Notes: generated by a model not told the origin, from the letters alone. Counted from the stretch's first letter, positions 23,397 through 36,959 are shown. The stretch: DNA of 64,000 nucleotides from Perna viridis (GCA_037379345.1 CM074513.1:47347195-47411194), one strand, 5' to 3'. Program-made: numbers and translations.

Positions 23397-23428
23397 GCGT
23401 GTGTGTGTGTGTGGGGGGGGGGGGGGGG
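23397..23428. repeat. (GT)n followed by poly-G
   Basis: Seen directly. Confidence 0.85.
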
Positions 23429-25193
23429 TTCTACTACGACGTTTCATTTTTTGGTTCCCTTGATTAGTCTTAAAAAGTAATTAGTAGGCCCAGAAACACT
23501 GAGTTGTTTGTTATCCAATCATTCGAATTCGTGGCATATGTGGAAATATCGCCTGCACTAAGTCTAATGGCCAAGGAGGTAATACAATTTACGGCAAATA
23601 AATGACCTTTATGGAATGATTCGAAAGACTATATATATAAATAAACAAAATAAAAAAGGAAATGATCAGAACCGCACAAGACGATGTGTTTAATATAAAC
23701 TGTGTAGTCCTTTTAATCTGGTTAAAACTCCTAGACCTTGCAGTTAGATTATACATACTAAATAAGAATTATTCAGGTTAATTAGTGTTCCTAAGCTTTC
23801 GTTTTTTATTCATTAACTGCTACTATTATGATGAAAAAAATGCATCTTGTGTGGTTTCTGTTGGTCGATGTTCTACATGTACCTAACTAATGGTAAAACT
23901 AATAATATCAAAGTTATTCAAAACTTAAGTTAAAACATTATATGGAAAATACAAGACTTTAGTATGGTTATCTTTTCTAAGATAAAGCAGGTTTAATAAA
24001 AGTACAAATTATCTTACCTAGAAATGCCGACTTTAAAAGTCAATTACAAAAAATGTACTTTTATCAGAGTTATCTCCCTTTCAATTAATCGATATTTACA
24101 GTGTACTGTATACTGATACGATGACTACTGTTACCGTAATCCTGGACTGTGTATCGACGAACAATTTAACTGTTTCCATGTGAATGATGAACAATGACTG
24201 GATTGGGAGGTGCGTTGATCATTGCAGAAAGACGGGGATTCGTTTAACACGGAGGAATTTGGTGAAAGCGCTGTAAAATTGGAATAGACTGTTTATTTCA
24301 TAGTTAATTTAATTTGAAAATGGTGACTTTAATTTCAAATTTATTTGAATTGATATGATGATATTTGAAAGGGCGGGAGCTGACAAGATGAAAACAGGAG
24401 TTATAACCCTAGATTACTTCAATGGATCATATTTTACGCCACCCAGTAGTACCACAAGATGGTGGGGGATTTAGGCGAGGCTTCCTCTTGTTACCAGTTC
24501 TGAATTCATATCATATCATCAAACGGGGTATGGGAGAAAAGCTTGAAAAATGCGGTCCAGTAAAGTCGTGGGTTGTCCTTCCAATTGTTTCTGTAGGGCA
24601 ACACAGAAGAATTTGTTCTACTGTTACCAGTTGAACACCTACCAGTCCTTGGCTTTCATTCTTGACGGTTTGTAAAATATGTGTCATCTTGTCAGCTCGT
24701 GCTTTAATTATATTCCTGTGGCCAATTTTCATCCAAATTTCGCCTTGCATTTATTTGGGCCTTTTATTAAGGTCACCATTGTTTGATATAAAAGTTTAAC
24801 GCCATATTATTTGATTATAATCCATATCGTATTTTTTTTTACACTTCTCAAGTTTTTTTGTTTAAAATTGGCCAAAACTGCAAGACTTGTACATAAAAAC
24901 TACGAGGAATAATAAAATAAAGAATAAAAGTAACTTGGTTGGATTATTAACTGGGTTCAGTATACTTATGGCAAAAAAATACATCAATGTCCGATTTGTG
25001 CATGTAAAATCGGGAGTTTAAATATAACATCATGGCAGCTCAATTCTTGTAAACTTGGTAAATGCAATTGATAACAACACCATTAGCTAGTTTCGACGAT
25101 TAAATACAAATCGAATTTTATCTTTTCCCAAGATAAGGATGGGCACAATATATCACCCGAATGTTAACGAAAATGAGCATATCAGCTTATCAA

Positions 25194-25379
25194 TACCGGA
25201 CAATTCGACCCATAGACATTTCGTATCAGGACAACCCACAGTTCTTTACCATAGCCATACATTTCGGCCCATACATATTTCAGACCATGACAATAGGAGA
25301 ATGCATAAGGACAATAAAAACCGTATATCATATCAAAATGTTACCTCGGGAGCGTTTAAGGTTTCACTTTCCTCATATT
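25194..25379 (+). mobile_element. Dispersed repeat (MITE-like, ACATTTCGG subterminal repeats), copy A
   Basis: Homologous to 43456-43700 (ACCGGACAATTCGACC...ACATTTCGGCC...TCAGACCATGACAAT...GTTTCAC.TTC.TCATATT). Directly abutted by a PLE fragment. Confidence 0.65.
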
Positions 25380-25927
25380 CAGTATTGTCAAATTTCCTTT
25401 CATCTGTGGCAACATCCCCTCAGCACCTGCGTATGGAGTTTTCATATTGCAATTCATACGTTATGCCAGAGCTTGCCGTAACTCCGCAGACTTTTTCTAT
25501 CGCGCTATAATTAGGCTTCTGGCACAGGATTATTGCTACAAGATTGAAGACACCACTAGAGAAGTTTTATGGTCGTCATCATGAACTCGTGGATTGTAAT
25601 GGTGTATCCATCTGCACCATGAAACCTGATTTTTTCAACGAGTCATTAATGTTTTTCCTTTCCTCTTTCGTGTACCTCGGACTTGCATTTTTATAAGCAA
25701 CTCGGTGGGTGTTTCTAGAAAAGCAGAGGACGCTTATCCCACTGGTGCACCTGGTCCATACTCCCAGTTTTAGTGGAGTCCGAGTTGCTCATTTACTTTT
25801 ACTTTGTATGTATTATTTTGGTTATTTTATGTTCTTTGTTGTGTTTGTCTGTTTTCTATGTCTGGTCTTTGTCCCTGCATTACATTCTTTTGATTTCCGC
25901 TAGAATCTTGGTTCCCTTGATTACTCA
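25378..25927 (+). mobile_element. 5'-truncated Penelope-like retroelement: RT C-terminus plus 3' end
   Basis: Frameshifted translation FSIVKFPFICGNIPSAPAYGVFILQFIRYARACRNSADFFYR...RLKTPLEKFYGRHHELVD matches the PLE RT thumb region, followed by the shared 3' terminus. Confidence 0.8.
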
Positions 25928-27199
25928 TTAAAACGGATAATCAAATGTGGAATATCTGACGATCGCGTCTGCTGGAGTTGCGATATATTACGGGATTTTG
26001 TTAATATCAAGTTAGGAAGTAAGTTTTTCATTCTGTTTATTGGTACTCCAACTTTGGTGTTTGTGTTCATTTTAATGTATATTTATTTTTTAGACTAATT
26101 TTGTCGTGTTGGAATATGAAGTTACTTTTAATTCAAATGAGATGCGTTACAATCGCTTCCAATGTTTTAACAGATATTGGTACTATTGAATGAGTAAATA
26201 CCCGTCAGTAAGAAGAAGAATTAACATACAGATCAACAATCCTTTTTGACTTTTGTTTGATAAAAATGTCAGGATCTGCAAGAGCTATAAATTGGGTATT
26301 TTATCACTAAAATGGAGAACCTGGCAATCAGCTCTGGCTATAAACCTTCTTTTTTATTTCGTCGTTTCAAACCTTCCAGAAAAGGATGGAAATCCTTACT
26401 AGTTTTTTTTTTTTTTTTTTAAATAATATCTTTATCACAATTTGCTTACGCTAATTCTAGCACTTCAAACATTGAAAACCTCTGATGGTGTTGTAACCAA
26501 CAGGTACAGTACACAAGAACAATAAGACTTTCGATTTACTATTCTCTTAGTAGACCTATGTATGATAATGAGGCTATTACGTGAAGCTTTGTTGTATTCT
26601 AATGTTAACCCTCACAAAGCCTAATCATAGTCGTTGCTGGAGATAGTCATTATTTTGTGCAAATTAGTTAATCTAAGCTTACAAAGGTATTTAACAGTAC
26701 AATATGCCCTCTGTGTAACCTACAAGCATGGACGCAATAGCTCATTATACTTCAGCGTATATATTGTAAAGTTTTTGTTCCATGGTTCTAGTGTACTGAT
26801 ACTGTTTCAACACTGTTATTTTTTTTAAAATCATTGATTACGCCGAAGTTTTTATCTTTCTTACGAAAAATAAGGAGAGGAAGAAACTCCGTGTTTTAGA
26901 CTATCTAACCATCTTCATTTTAGTTAAGTACCAGTATCAAATATGAATACGTATGCATTCTTAAGAATACATCTTAAGTGACTGTTTAGCCTTTGTTTCA
27001 AACCATTTACGTGTTTTGTTCTACTTATCACCTCATGCCATGTCTGAGTGTATGGCGCTTACTAGTTTAACATAGCAAGTTCATTTCTTAATTTGTGTCA
27101 TTTATGTGTGCTAAGGAAATATTTTGTTGCAATATTTCTATTTACTTTCTGTTCGACATTGACCTCTTTTCCTTTTAAGACGTTTGACTCTCTAAAACG

Positions 27200-27600
27200 T
27201 TGATTGATTCGACGTTGTTCAATCAATTGTGATGACGACTATAAAATTAGTTCCGCATTAACTATTACTCTGTACATCATGATTCGTAGTCTAATGATAT
27301 TGCCCTCGTGTGAATTTTTGAACAGGCCCCCTTTGTTACTCGTGTCGAGGAGCTGCATTAATGTTGCTAGTCTTACATGTATTACTGGATTATACATAGT
27401 TGCAATATGACGGATGCCGCTAACGGAGACGAATATACTGACGTTTCTAGAGCACCTGATGCCACTCCCACTTTTTGCCACGCCCACTTTTTGTGGGAGT
27501 TCATAATGGTAGTGCTTCGATTGTGTGGTGTCTTGCTTTTCTTATCCTCATGATCAGTTCTTATGTGTAATCTATTTAATTCAGTTTCCTACATTGTGTA
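27200..27600 (+). mobile_element. Diverged Penelope-like 3' end (different subfamily)
   Basis: ATGACGGATGCCGCTAACGG...TCTAGAGCACCTGA...ACTCCCACTTTTTG..TGGGAGTTCAT parallels the 3' structure of the 25378 family. Confidence 0.5.
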
Positions 27601-27689
27601 TGTAGATCGCCTTTGGTTCCCGTGTTTATGTTCAGACCATGTTTTTTTCGTGTTTGTATTATACACGCTACTGACGCTTCGGTATTTTT

Positions 27690-28830
27690 GCCGATATTTC
27701 ATACAAATAAAGAAACAGGGTGGTGCACAGTTTGTTCCAATAAGTATTCAATTTGAAACGATGGAACACTTGTCCTCCAAACTCGACAATGCCATTGTCG
27801 ATCAACAGTTCCATTATGTCAAACCATCCGACTCGGTGTACATCTTGTTAGAATAAGTGTTGGCGTTCACTGGAAAAAAAAACTATGCACTAAGGAGACC
27901 AAGAAATGTAATCATTTGTAAGAACACTTGTAAAGATGCGGTTGTCCAATACATGGAATGGATAAACGTATTTTTAATTTTGGCGTTATGTAGTAATATC
28001 TGACAATGAAACATTTTAGCTTTACTAAGTTGAAAATTAATAACACGCCAAGTAGGACTATAGTTGATTGGTAAAGCCATAACAGAAATAATTTGGGTTT
28101 AAAGTCGTTAAGTTGGAGATTGTTTTAGTAAACATTGTGACTGGTGTTAGTGTTGAATAGGAGTGGAACTGATTGCAAATATGGAGGAACTTCAGATTTA
28201 ACAGTTTTATATTGCCAAGGCTGGTAGCATCCATGCAGACCTTTATTACCAAAATTGAGCAAACTATTAGCAAAAATAGTACCGAAGCGTTAACAATGAG
28301 AAAATTCAAATACGTTAAAATCTCAATACATGACCAGAGTGTGCATAAAAGGATGCAAAGACGATCTTGATACACATTGTAGCGATGAATCGAATAAGAT
28401 AAATATCGAAATGAAAATGTAGATGAGGAAAATAAAACGTAATAACACAAAAAATCAAAAGCACGTCGCTCTTGTTCATTATCAGTAACACCAAGGGGTC
28501 AAATAATCTGAGATTGCTGATACCTAGCATGATTGCAGTTGATTTATATCTAAGTGAATTTGGGTCAGTGGCAGATGAGGCCAAACAATATTTATAAAAT
28601 CAATGTAATTTTGAAACAGTAAAGGCATACAGTTCCGTGTGGGTGTGATGAATACGAAGAAGTTGATAAATTTGTGACGGTACACCATCTATTGGAATAA
28701 CAAACGAGGCTAGAGGATTATAACGCTTTTGTAAATCACTGCGTTGGTCACGATGACTTCCAGTGAAAATGTTCATCACATTCACAGTAACTAAAGTTGG
28801 ATTAATCATGTGGTGATATCATGTTTATGT
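27690..28830 (-). mobile_element. Decayed Penelope-like RT fragment
   Basis: The - strand reads LLIDNGIVEFGGQVFH...ILIGTNCAPP..LFLYLYE (cf. IDNIFVxFGGxVFQQxxGIPMGTNCAPLLADLFLYSYE). Further upstream, LVLLIMNKSDVLLIFCVITFY resembles VVPADKAxNNxVFVCKxxY. Confidence 0.7.
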
Positions 28831-29312
28831 ATCCTCCTGACTTTTCAATTCACAACGGAGTTGTCTGATTGGTTAAAATGTGCCTAGATATGACTTATAT
28901 CGACGACAGTATACATTTTTTGAATGGTCATTAGGGGAACAACAAATGTACTAATCAACGCTGAAGGTAAAAGTTGGTATCAAGAGGTAAACCATTTACT
29001 GTTTCATGAATGAACAGTCGACAAATGTTTATCTTATTGAACCATAATGTCTTCATAATTCGTGAGTAGATATTGCGCGTACGTAATAGGTATTTTCGTC
29101 TGATCTCGCCGTTTTTTATTTTAACGTTGTTCAAAGATAAACCCCGTGAGTATCAGAACTCTTTCAATTGATTACTTTGATGACAATGGGAGGGGGAAAC
29201 AGCGAAATATGATTACGGTCAATAGTAAAAACTGTTGAACGGGTGAACAGAACGATCAAAGCTTTTTGGAGTAACTAGTTAAAATATTACAGTTGATTTA
29301 CTATATACAATA

Positions 29313-29836
29313 GCCCCGTGCGAGTCCGGGTATCAAAAGAATAGACCCGCAGCAGCACTAAGCTTGTCGTAAAAGACGACTGAATAGTGCTCTGAACCCT
29401 GGCCTGGGTAGAGTACTCTGCCCACAGAGCAACTGGGTTGTGTGCTCCAGGTGGTGGAATGGGGTAACCCTGGCATGTAACATGCCGGGGTCGTCAGGCC
29501 ATAATACGGAAAAACCTGGCCGCAAACCATAGTGGTGCTCCGTGTTGGGAAAGGTGTCACGTTCCTCGCACGCGAAAGAACCCTACTGTGGTTCTCTCTC
29601 GGAGTAGAAACCATTGGGCTCCGCCACAGGAGGCGAAATTGCCCGACCATACCCAATTGTCCCTGTATCCAGTGGCAATCGGAATTTTTCGATCTCATTA
29701 TCCTTGTGTCCCATCCCATTTTTCATTTTATTATCATTAAATATTTTCATGTTCATTTTATCATCCATTTCATATTCATCGCCTGGATATAGCTCAAATA
29801 ATGCTTCTCGGGCGTTATACCTAAACAATCCATCAA
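29313..29836 (+). mobile_element. SINE-like retroposon, copy 3 (older, more diverged)
   Basis: Colinear with copy 1 from GCCCCGTGCGAGTCCGGG to GGGCGTTATACCTAAACAATCC; TSD degraded. Confidence 0.9.
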
Positions 29837-29881
29837 CTGTACAAAGTAAATACTACAGTATAATAAAACATTATATTGTTC

Positions 29882-30140
29882 AAAGAGTAATCAAGGGAAC
29901 CAAAATTCTAGCGGAAATCAAAAGAATGTAATCCAGGGTCAAAGACCAGACATGGAAACAAACAACACGGAACACAAAAACAACCAAAACAATACATACA
30001 AAGTAACAAAAGTAAACGAGCAACTCGGACTCCACTAAAAACTGGGAGCATGGACCAGGTGCACCGGTAGGGTAAGCGTCCTCTGTTTTTTCTAGAAACA
30101 ATCGCCGAGTTGCTAAAAGAGTCAAGTCCAGAGTAAACGA
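29882..30140 (-). mobile_element. 3'-terminal fragment of the Penelope-like family
   Basis: Reverse complement of about 25670-25927. Confidence 0.85.
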
Positions 30141-30479
30141 TTTAACCCTTTCTTTATTTTTCAACATAAAAAGACCACACTAAGCCTATCTGTAGCAAAA
30201 GTCAACCTTCTCGAAGTGCAGTTCAAGTCGTCATAACTTGTGGTAGCGTGTGATTTTTTATTCAGATTGTTTGTAAAGTAGCCGTCAAATGTTGCAGTTT
30301 TACAATTTTTAATAAAGCATTTTGAAATATACCCTAGTGATTAGTAATAGATTCCTGGCTTGAATTGTTCACTTGAGAAAGTATCACGTCCGGTAATGTT
30401 GGAGATGCACCTTGGCCCGGTTGTCCAAACACTATCCACTGGAAAGTTTGTAAAGATTTGCATAATACTTATCCAATGA

Positions 30480-30696
30480 AAAAATCTTTATCCGCCGGAT
30501 AAATCTAGATCTTAACACTGGGTTCTGACGTATCCAGGGCGATTCCCTGCATGGCCATACAGTCAGCAAAATGGAACATGCTTGACTGCAGTGACGTTCC
30601 AGCAGCTATTTGTATCTCCGTTTTAAGTGTGTGTGTTTCATGACTTAAGGCCTGCTGGGATAATAGTTTCTCAGAGAGAAAATCCATCAACCAGGT
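30480..30696 (-). pseudogene. Possible very decayed non-LTR RT fragment
   Basis: WLMDFLSEK...IAAGTSLQSS...SVKI*IYPAD loosely fits WIxDFLSxR...GVPQGS...LYADD. Confidence 0.3.
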
Positions 30697-32104
30697 GTGT
30701 GTGTGTGTTTTTTTTTAATGGTTAAGGGCTACTTGGATAATAATTTCTTAGGTGGAAAATCAACCAAGCAGAGATATTAACCGAGTGGTACTATCTAGCA
30801 AAAAAAGCTGTGAGACTCATCAGTTAAGCTTAAAGTTTTTGGAGTTGTGAATCCGGTAAGACTTACAGATCTTTTGTCTTGTTTGATAGATATTTGCTTA
30901 TGTCGGTAAATCAAATTTTGTGATCATGTGATGACAAACATAAAACTTTTACACTGATGATTAATATTATTAAAGGCTGAACCATTGACCATATCCTAAA
31001 AGTCATTGTATAAATAACATGTACGACAGTTACGGATCAGCTGTGAAATATAAGCTCAACAAGCTGCAGATGTTGGTATATTGCAACAAAGATAGCGCAA
31101 GCCACATAGAAATCTTTATTCATCAGAAGTTGGTGCACGAACTGTGCATCTGAGATCCAGGAAGGTGATTATCTTTTGCTTTCCTTAAATCATAATGGTC
31201 ACATCTTGTGAATTATCGACGACAGTAGGAACTTGTCATGATAGGAATAATATGATCGTACAATATCGATGACAATCTAAAGTATTCATTTCTTTTTTTT
31301 CTCATTCCTAACATAATAGAACATAATACGCAAGGTTCAATTTATCATGAAAATAATTACACAAATAATCATTCATTTATTTATACGGATGTAAATAGTT
31401 GTGTAATAATTTCTTAAAATATTGAATGCAAACTGGTTTTAAGTTTATAAGCTCTTAAAAAAAAGGTGTTGTGTACATGTTCAGACACATACATGTATGT
31501 AAAACCGTCGAAGGCGAATCAGTGTAGGGTATCTTTCAATATTTTCTATGTAAGTAATAAAATAGTAAAACTATTAACTGATAAAACTTGAAAAAATAAC
31601 CTTTGATTTTATCATAATACTGTGACCTAAATCTACAAATTTCTGGTTGTATGTTAAGGAAACTTCCTTGCTTTAATCCTTTTCATCCAAGTTATCCGGA
31701 ATGAGAAATAATCTCTTACTAATTAGTCCTGCTATTTCCTTGATGTTGTGCATTGATACTATGAATTACTTTCTCGGAGTAAAGGATTCACTTATATATA
31801 CATAACTGTCCGACATAAATTTGGCATCAAATGTACATTATTGAATTTTGGAATTTATATATTGTATTGTAAAAAAGAAAAGGCAATTAACAAACATGTT
31901 TGACTATCAAACTACCTCGGTCCGTTAGTTTAGAAATATAGTCCCTATCTGCTTATAATTAAGAAACTCAATTTTATTATTGTTTTAACTACGGGTTGGC
32001 CATTCATGTAGCATCATGTGAATAATACTTACATGTAACTTTTTCAGAAATCAGGATAATGCTTGTTTCTGACCCTTTTTTGGTCCATAAATCCTTAAGG
32101 GTTC

Positions 32105-32234
32105 AAATCTTAACCATCAATACCGGTCTAGCTTTAGTGGTATAGCAAATCTTAACCATCAATACCGGTCTAGCTTTAGTGGTATAGCAAATCTTAACCA
32201 TCAATACCGGTCTAGCTTTAGTGGTATAGCAAAT
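32105..32234. repeat. Perfect 42-bp tandem repeat x3
   Basis: AAATCTTAACCATCAATACCGGTCTAGCTTTAGTGGTATAGC repeated three times exactly. Confidence 0.95.
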
Positions 32235-33349
32235 TGGAGAGCAATAATCGAGACATGCATTATTTTATTTGAGTTTCATGTAATGTAGCATAATTTTAAT
32301 AAATGCTTGCTTTTTGCCTTAATTCCCTAATGGTTGAGACCATATCTCCCAAAATCAATACCAACCTTCCTTTTTTATTTGAAAACTTGAGTAACTAATA
32401 ATCTAATTACATGTATTTATTACATGGAACTAAGTGTCAAATAACATGCATTGGCAACAGGGATGACAGTGTCAAATCATTGTGACAGAATTTTGTTTCT
32501 TGGTCGAATAACACAATTATCTTTTTTTTTTCAAATTAGTGGAAGGGTCTTCAAGTTATTACGGGTGTTGGGAACAAAGACAGGGTTCTTCAACTTTTAT
32601 CTTGAAAACCATGCATTATACTTGTAGTACATGCTGTAGCTATAGATAAAAAACCCTTTTAGTTGATAATATGAATTATTTGATAGAGAAATTAGATATG
32701 GATATTACAAAAAATGTCTAGTGTATTAGGCCTCTGTAAATTAAAAAAAAAAGTTCCACTTGAACAAATAAAAAAGTTACCAGATTTGTAACATTACCAG
32801 TTGAGACATTCAGGGTAGTCACAGTTCATTTTTGTAGATACAGAAAGGAAATAATACATGTACTCTTCAAATCCAGGTATGAAGAATCTGTGTCATTCAA
32901 ATACTTCTAATAAATTGTACAACTGTAGCGCCCATGTATGGAGAATTTTCGGTATTTTATGAATGCTTGATTTACCAAAAATAGAAAAAGTCGATTTTTT
33001 TTTTTTTTTGGGGGGGGGGTGTGGTGTTGCCCCTTTGATCCGTATAACTCGAAAACCATAAGACATACACGTATCCGATATCTGAATGAAAAATACAGGC
33101 AGGAATTTTCATAACGAATCCAATAAAAAGATGAAATCTGACCAAAAAATTTTAAAAAGTCGAATTTTTGGAGATATGACCCCTTTGACACCATATTACT
33201 CGAAAACAGTAAAAAAAATCACCAAATCTGCAGATAAAATTGCTAACCAGAATTAAATAAAGAACACAATCAAAACAGAATAATCAAAATCGGAAGAAAA
33301 ACAAACATTCTACATGGGTTTTAATATGACCCCTTTTTTTATCCTTGTT

Positions 33350-33550
33350 GGTCTTTATTTTAAAATGGTAGTGGCCATAAACACCAAATTAAATATGAGC
33401 CTTCCTTTAGTGGTCAGTAAATTCATATCAAAATTCATAATATTTGGTCAACAATTACTATATCATCGCATGAAAACCAAGTATATATGGACGACGACGA
33501 CGACACGGACACCGCCGACGATATACAAAATTACAATACCGGTATATGAA
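33350..33550 (+). mobile_element. Probable Helitron/Helentron-derived non-autonomous element (HINE-like) fragment
   Basis: Core sequence followed by a (GAC)n microsatellite and a short terminal segment, as recalled for bivalve HINEs. A related core is at about 32050-32400. Confidence 0.4.
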
Positions 33551-33569
33551 GGACTTTAAGGCTGAATCC

Positions 33570-34087
33570 GCCCCGTGCAGGTCCAGATGTCAAAAGAATA
33601 GACCCGCAGCAGCGCAACGCTTGCCGTAAAAGGCGACCAAATAGTGCTCAGAAACCTAGCTGGGGGCTAGGCGCTCAGCCCTCGGAGCAACTGGGTTGTG
33701 CGCCCCAGTTGGTGGAATGGGGTACCCCTGACATGTTTCATGCTGGGGTCGTCAGGCCGTAATACAGAAAACCTGACCGCAAAACATGGTGGTGCAACAT
33801 ATTGGGAAAGATATCACCTTCCTCGCACGTTAAAGAACTCTTCTGTGGTATTCTCCCGGAGAAGAAACCATAGGGCTCCGCCACAGGAGGCGAAATTGCC
33901 CGACCCTACCCACCTCTTCCTATTTCCAGTAGAATCAATATTTGTCAACTCCATTATCCTTCCGTCCCATCCAATATTTCATTTCATTATCATTTCATGT
34001 TCATTTTATCATCCATTTCACGTTCATCGCCTACAAATAGCTGAAATATTACTGCTCGGGCGTTAAACCCCAACAATCAACCAATCA
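33570..34087 (+). mobile_element. SINE-like retroposon, copy 4
   Basis: Colinear with copy 1. Degenerate TSD ending in AATCC on both sides. Confidence 0.9.
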
Positions 34088-34559
34088 AAGATAAATCCAT
34101 TGATACTAGCCCACAGTTAATCCAAATCCAGATGATCCAGAGTAAACTATATCAAAGAAGTATAATATAGCAAGTAGTTCATGATACATGTATTTCATGT
34201 CAAATTGCAATATATGGACAGGTTGGTCGCCGAAAAAAAAACTAACGGACCTCAGCTACGCTTATGTACATTGCCATATGACCCTAAGCATCATGAACTA
34301 TTTGCTTATTATGCAAGTCAACTGTAGCTTTTGTTTGGTAAATTGTTGCTCTTAAAATTCAGAGACTATTTTTCAAAACGATTCTCTATCATTTAATTAC
34401 ATAACGTTTTTGAAAAAATTTCAAAAGATGGTTTAAAAATTAGATTTTGAAATGCTTTTGTGGGTATAAAATTGAAATTTGACTTCTGGTGTCTCACTTG
34501 AAAACAACGTACATGTAAATAGTGTCAGAACATTTTTCATGGTCATGAATAAATGGTCA

Positions 34560-35084
34560 ATGTGACGCTTACATCTTAACATGTACTTACAACTTTTTCA
34601 ATCAGAACGTTTTGTATTAAAAAAAATATGACATTCGATTCAGTTTGGATGTTTTCATTGACCATTTTGAAAATGGCGGCCGAGACTCACTCGATTTTTC
34701 GGGGGATTTTGTTGGGATCATTGAGCTTAATATACATACCAAGTTCGGTCAAATTCTGATCAGCAATTTTCGAGATATATGAGTTTCAACTTCCGGTGTA
34801 AAAAATGGATACGTTCAGTCCGGCAGCCACTTTGAAAAAAAAAAAATGGCGGCAACTGGAACATTTTTAGACTTCGGCATCCTTCAAAGAATAGCTCAAA
34901 TTTCCTGTGAAGTTTCATCTCAATCAGATGTGTACCTTTTGAGAAAAAGTTTGAGAAAAAGACACTTTCAAAATTTTTATGACAGGAGAATTAAAATAAT
35001 AATAATGAGAAGAAGAAGAAGAGGAAGAAGAAGAAGAAACTATAAGAAAAATATGTCACCGCCATTTCGCGGTCGGCGACTTAA
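34560..35084 (+). mobile_element. Probable HINE-like (Helentron-associated) element
   Basis: Repeated AAAATGGCGGC cores, (AAT)n(AAG)n microsatellite, terminal hairpin GTCACCG...CGGCGAC, then TTAA. Left boundary approximate. Confidence 0.55.
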
Positions 35085-35599
35085 AAATGCACTCTTGCAT
35101 GTCTGCTGAGTTGTAGTTTTATTGTACTTGTAAGTAAAAGCTGATTCCCGTTTTGATTATTGTAGATGTAAGACATCCTTTGATATGTTCTCAGGTGAGT
35201 GTGAATTCTGGACGTTGTCCTAGTAAACAATTTTAAAAAATTGTAAATATTTTCAATGCAAGTTTTTGTCTCGATTTCATTTTTAGATACGAAGATCCTT
35301 CGGTTTTACGACTGAATAACTCCGCTATTCAGTTTGTTTCATTTGTATTAACCTTGTGATTGACAGCATCATATTATGAATTATTATCTTCTTTAACCAA
35401 TAAGAAACGACGAATAACCTCCACTGTGATACATGTAGGTTTCACATAGTCAATATTGAAAAGATTATAAATGTTGAAGTTAAGTTGAATTGAGCCTTGA
35501 CAACAGTTGGTTACATTATAAGCTAATGTTACCTAGCACAAGGAAGCAGAACCAGTCCTGCCCTTCCTTTGATGTGTCACGTATTTTTTCTCTGTTAGC

Positions 35600-36000
35600 C
35601 AAAATGCAAATGTTTTACTAAATGTCGACGATGATCAGCAGCAAATATCATAATATGATATCTTAGATTAACTTCCTCATCATATAAGTCAGTATCATCA
35701 GAACTATGTGTCATTATGCAACTCTTAATTTTCGTTATTAATTAACTTGTAATTTGTTTGTATATGGTCTTGGCAAGACTTGCTACAAGTCTCCCTTCAT
35801 TATGTATATGATACAGAAAATTTATGTAATTAACCACTCTGATAACGCCACCACTAACTTCTGTCAAATTTTCGTTTAAAGAAAAACAAGCTGAACAAGA
35901 TTTGTAAAATATATGGCCGCCACAAATACAGATTTTTCTGATTTTTCTATGAACTAGGTATGATATGACACTTTGTCTTTTTTTTAAGGGGGGTGTGCGG
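35600..36000 (-). mobile_element. Highly decayed Penelope-like RT fragment
   Basis: ISYLV..KICICGGHIFY...NFLYHIHNEGRLVASLAKTIYKQITS, then NN...SKISYYDI after a frameshift, follows the order FLIDNIFVxFGGxIF...EFIQxL..GKxxLAxxFNxTYRYIDDVLSLNN...SASYLDL. Confidence 0.4.
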
Positions 36001-36959
36001 GAAGCATGAGCATGCTCAATAATCCAAGCTTTTGTTGGTGTCTGAGCCGCTCTTTTACTATGTAGTTTCATTCAGTTCGTAGAAGTTGTTTTTAAAGGGC
36101 ATTTTACATTTACATTCAACCAATCATTCCTACCCATAAGACACTGCCATATATGTCATTATTAACAAAGTCATGTAATATTAATCGTAATTTATTATGC
36201 TCAAGAAGTACATGAACGTAAAATTCACGTTGCCATAATGAACAATGCGCTAAATTCATATTTTTACAAAAATAATATTTTAACAATCAATGTTTACAAC
36301 CAACTAACATCATCTAGCCATGACTCTCTGAATGTACTATAAATGCATATTCTGATGACGTTGAAGATTCAGTAAATACATTATTCGGACTTGTCCGTCA
36401 GGCCTTGAGACCGAAAACGACCAAAGAACGTTTCAACTGCTTACGAGTATTCTGGATTTATGATCGGCATGATAATAGTGCAATAAAAAAAACGAAAATA
36501 AAGAACATGGAGAAGGGAAGATAATGTTTTGTAATTTCAACTTAAACTTTTAAATTTTATAGCACTTTCTCTTGCAATACATGTGATTGACAGGTGAAAT
36601 TCTAATGAGTAAGTATCTCCCTTGTTCTGGAGAATAATTGATTATTTCTATAGACTTGAAGGTTTGTATGAGGAAATTGGACTCAGAATGTACCGAATCT
36701 TATGTATGCAGAGATGAAAACGTGAAAGATTGATAGCATTGAATACAATTATAGTTCTAATAAAGATGTCATCAAACTGGACGACTAGAAAATAAATTAG
36801 TGTGAGCAAATGTATCAAAACCTACAACTACATGTAGTACGTGTAAAATATATCTTATATTAAGCAACATAGACCTAAAAATTACGTCAAATAACTATTT
36901 AATTTATACGAATTGGTAAGCAATTTTATCTTTAAGGCAATCTTTACAAAAATAACAAA

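Noticed and set aside
27407-27462. SECIS-like element (ATGA...AA...TGA) in a PLE 3' end
   Set aside because: Helix geometry does not fit a canonical SECIS, and the GA quartet is absent from the younger family copies in the window.
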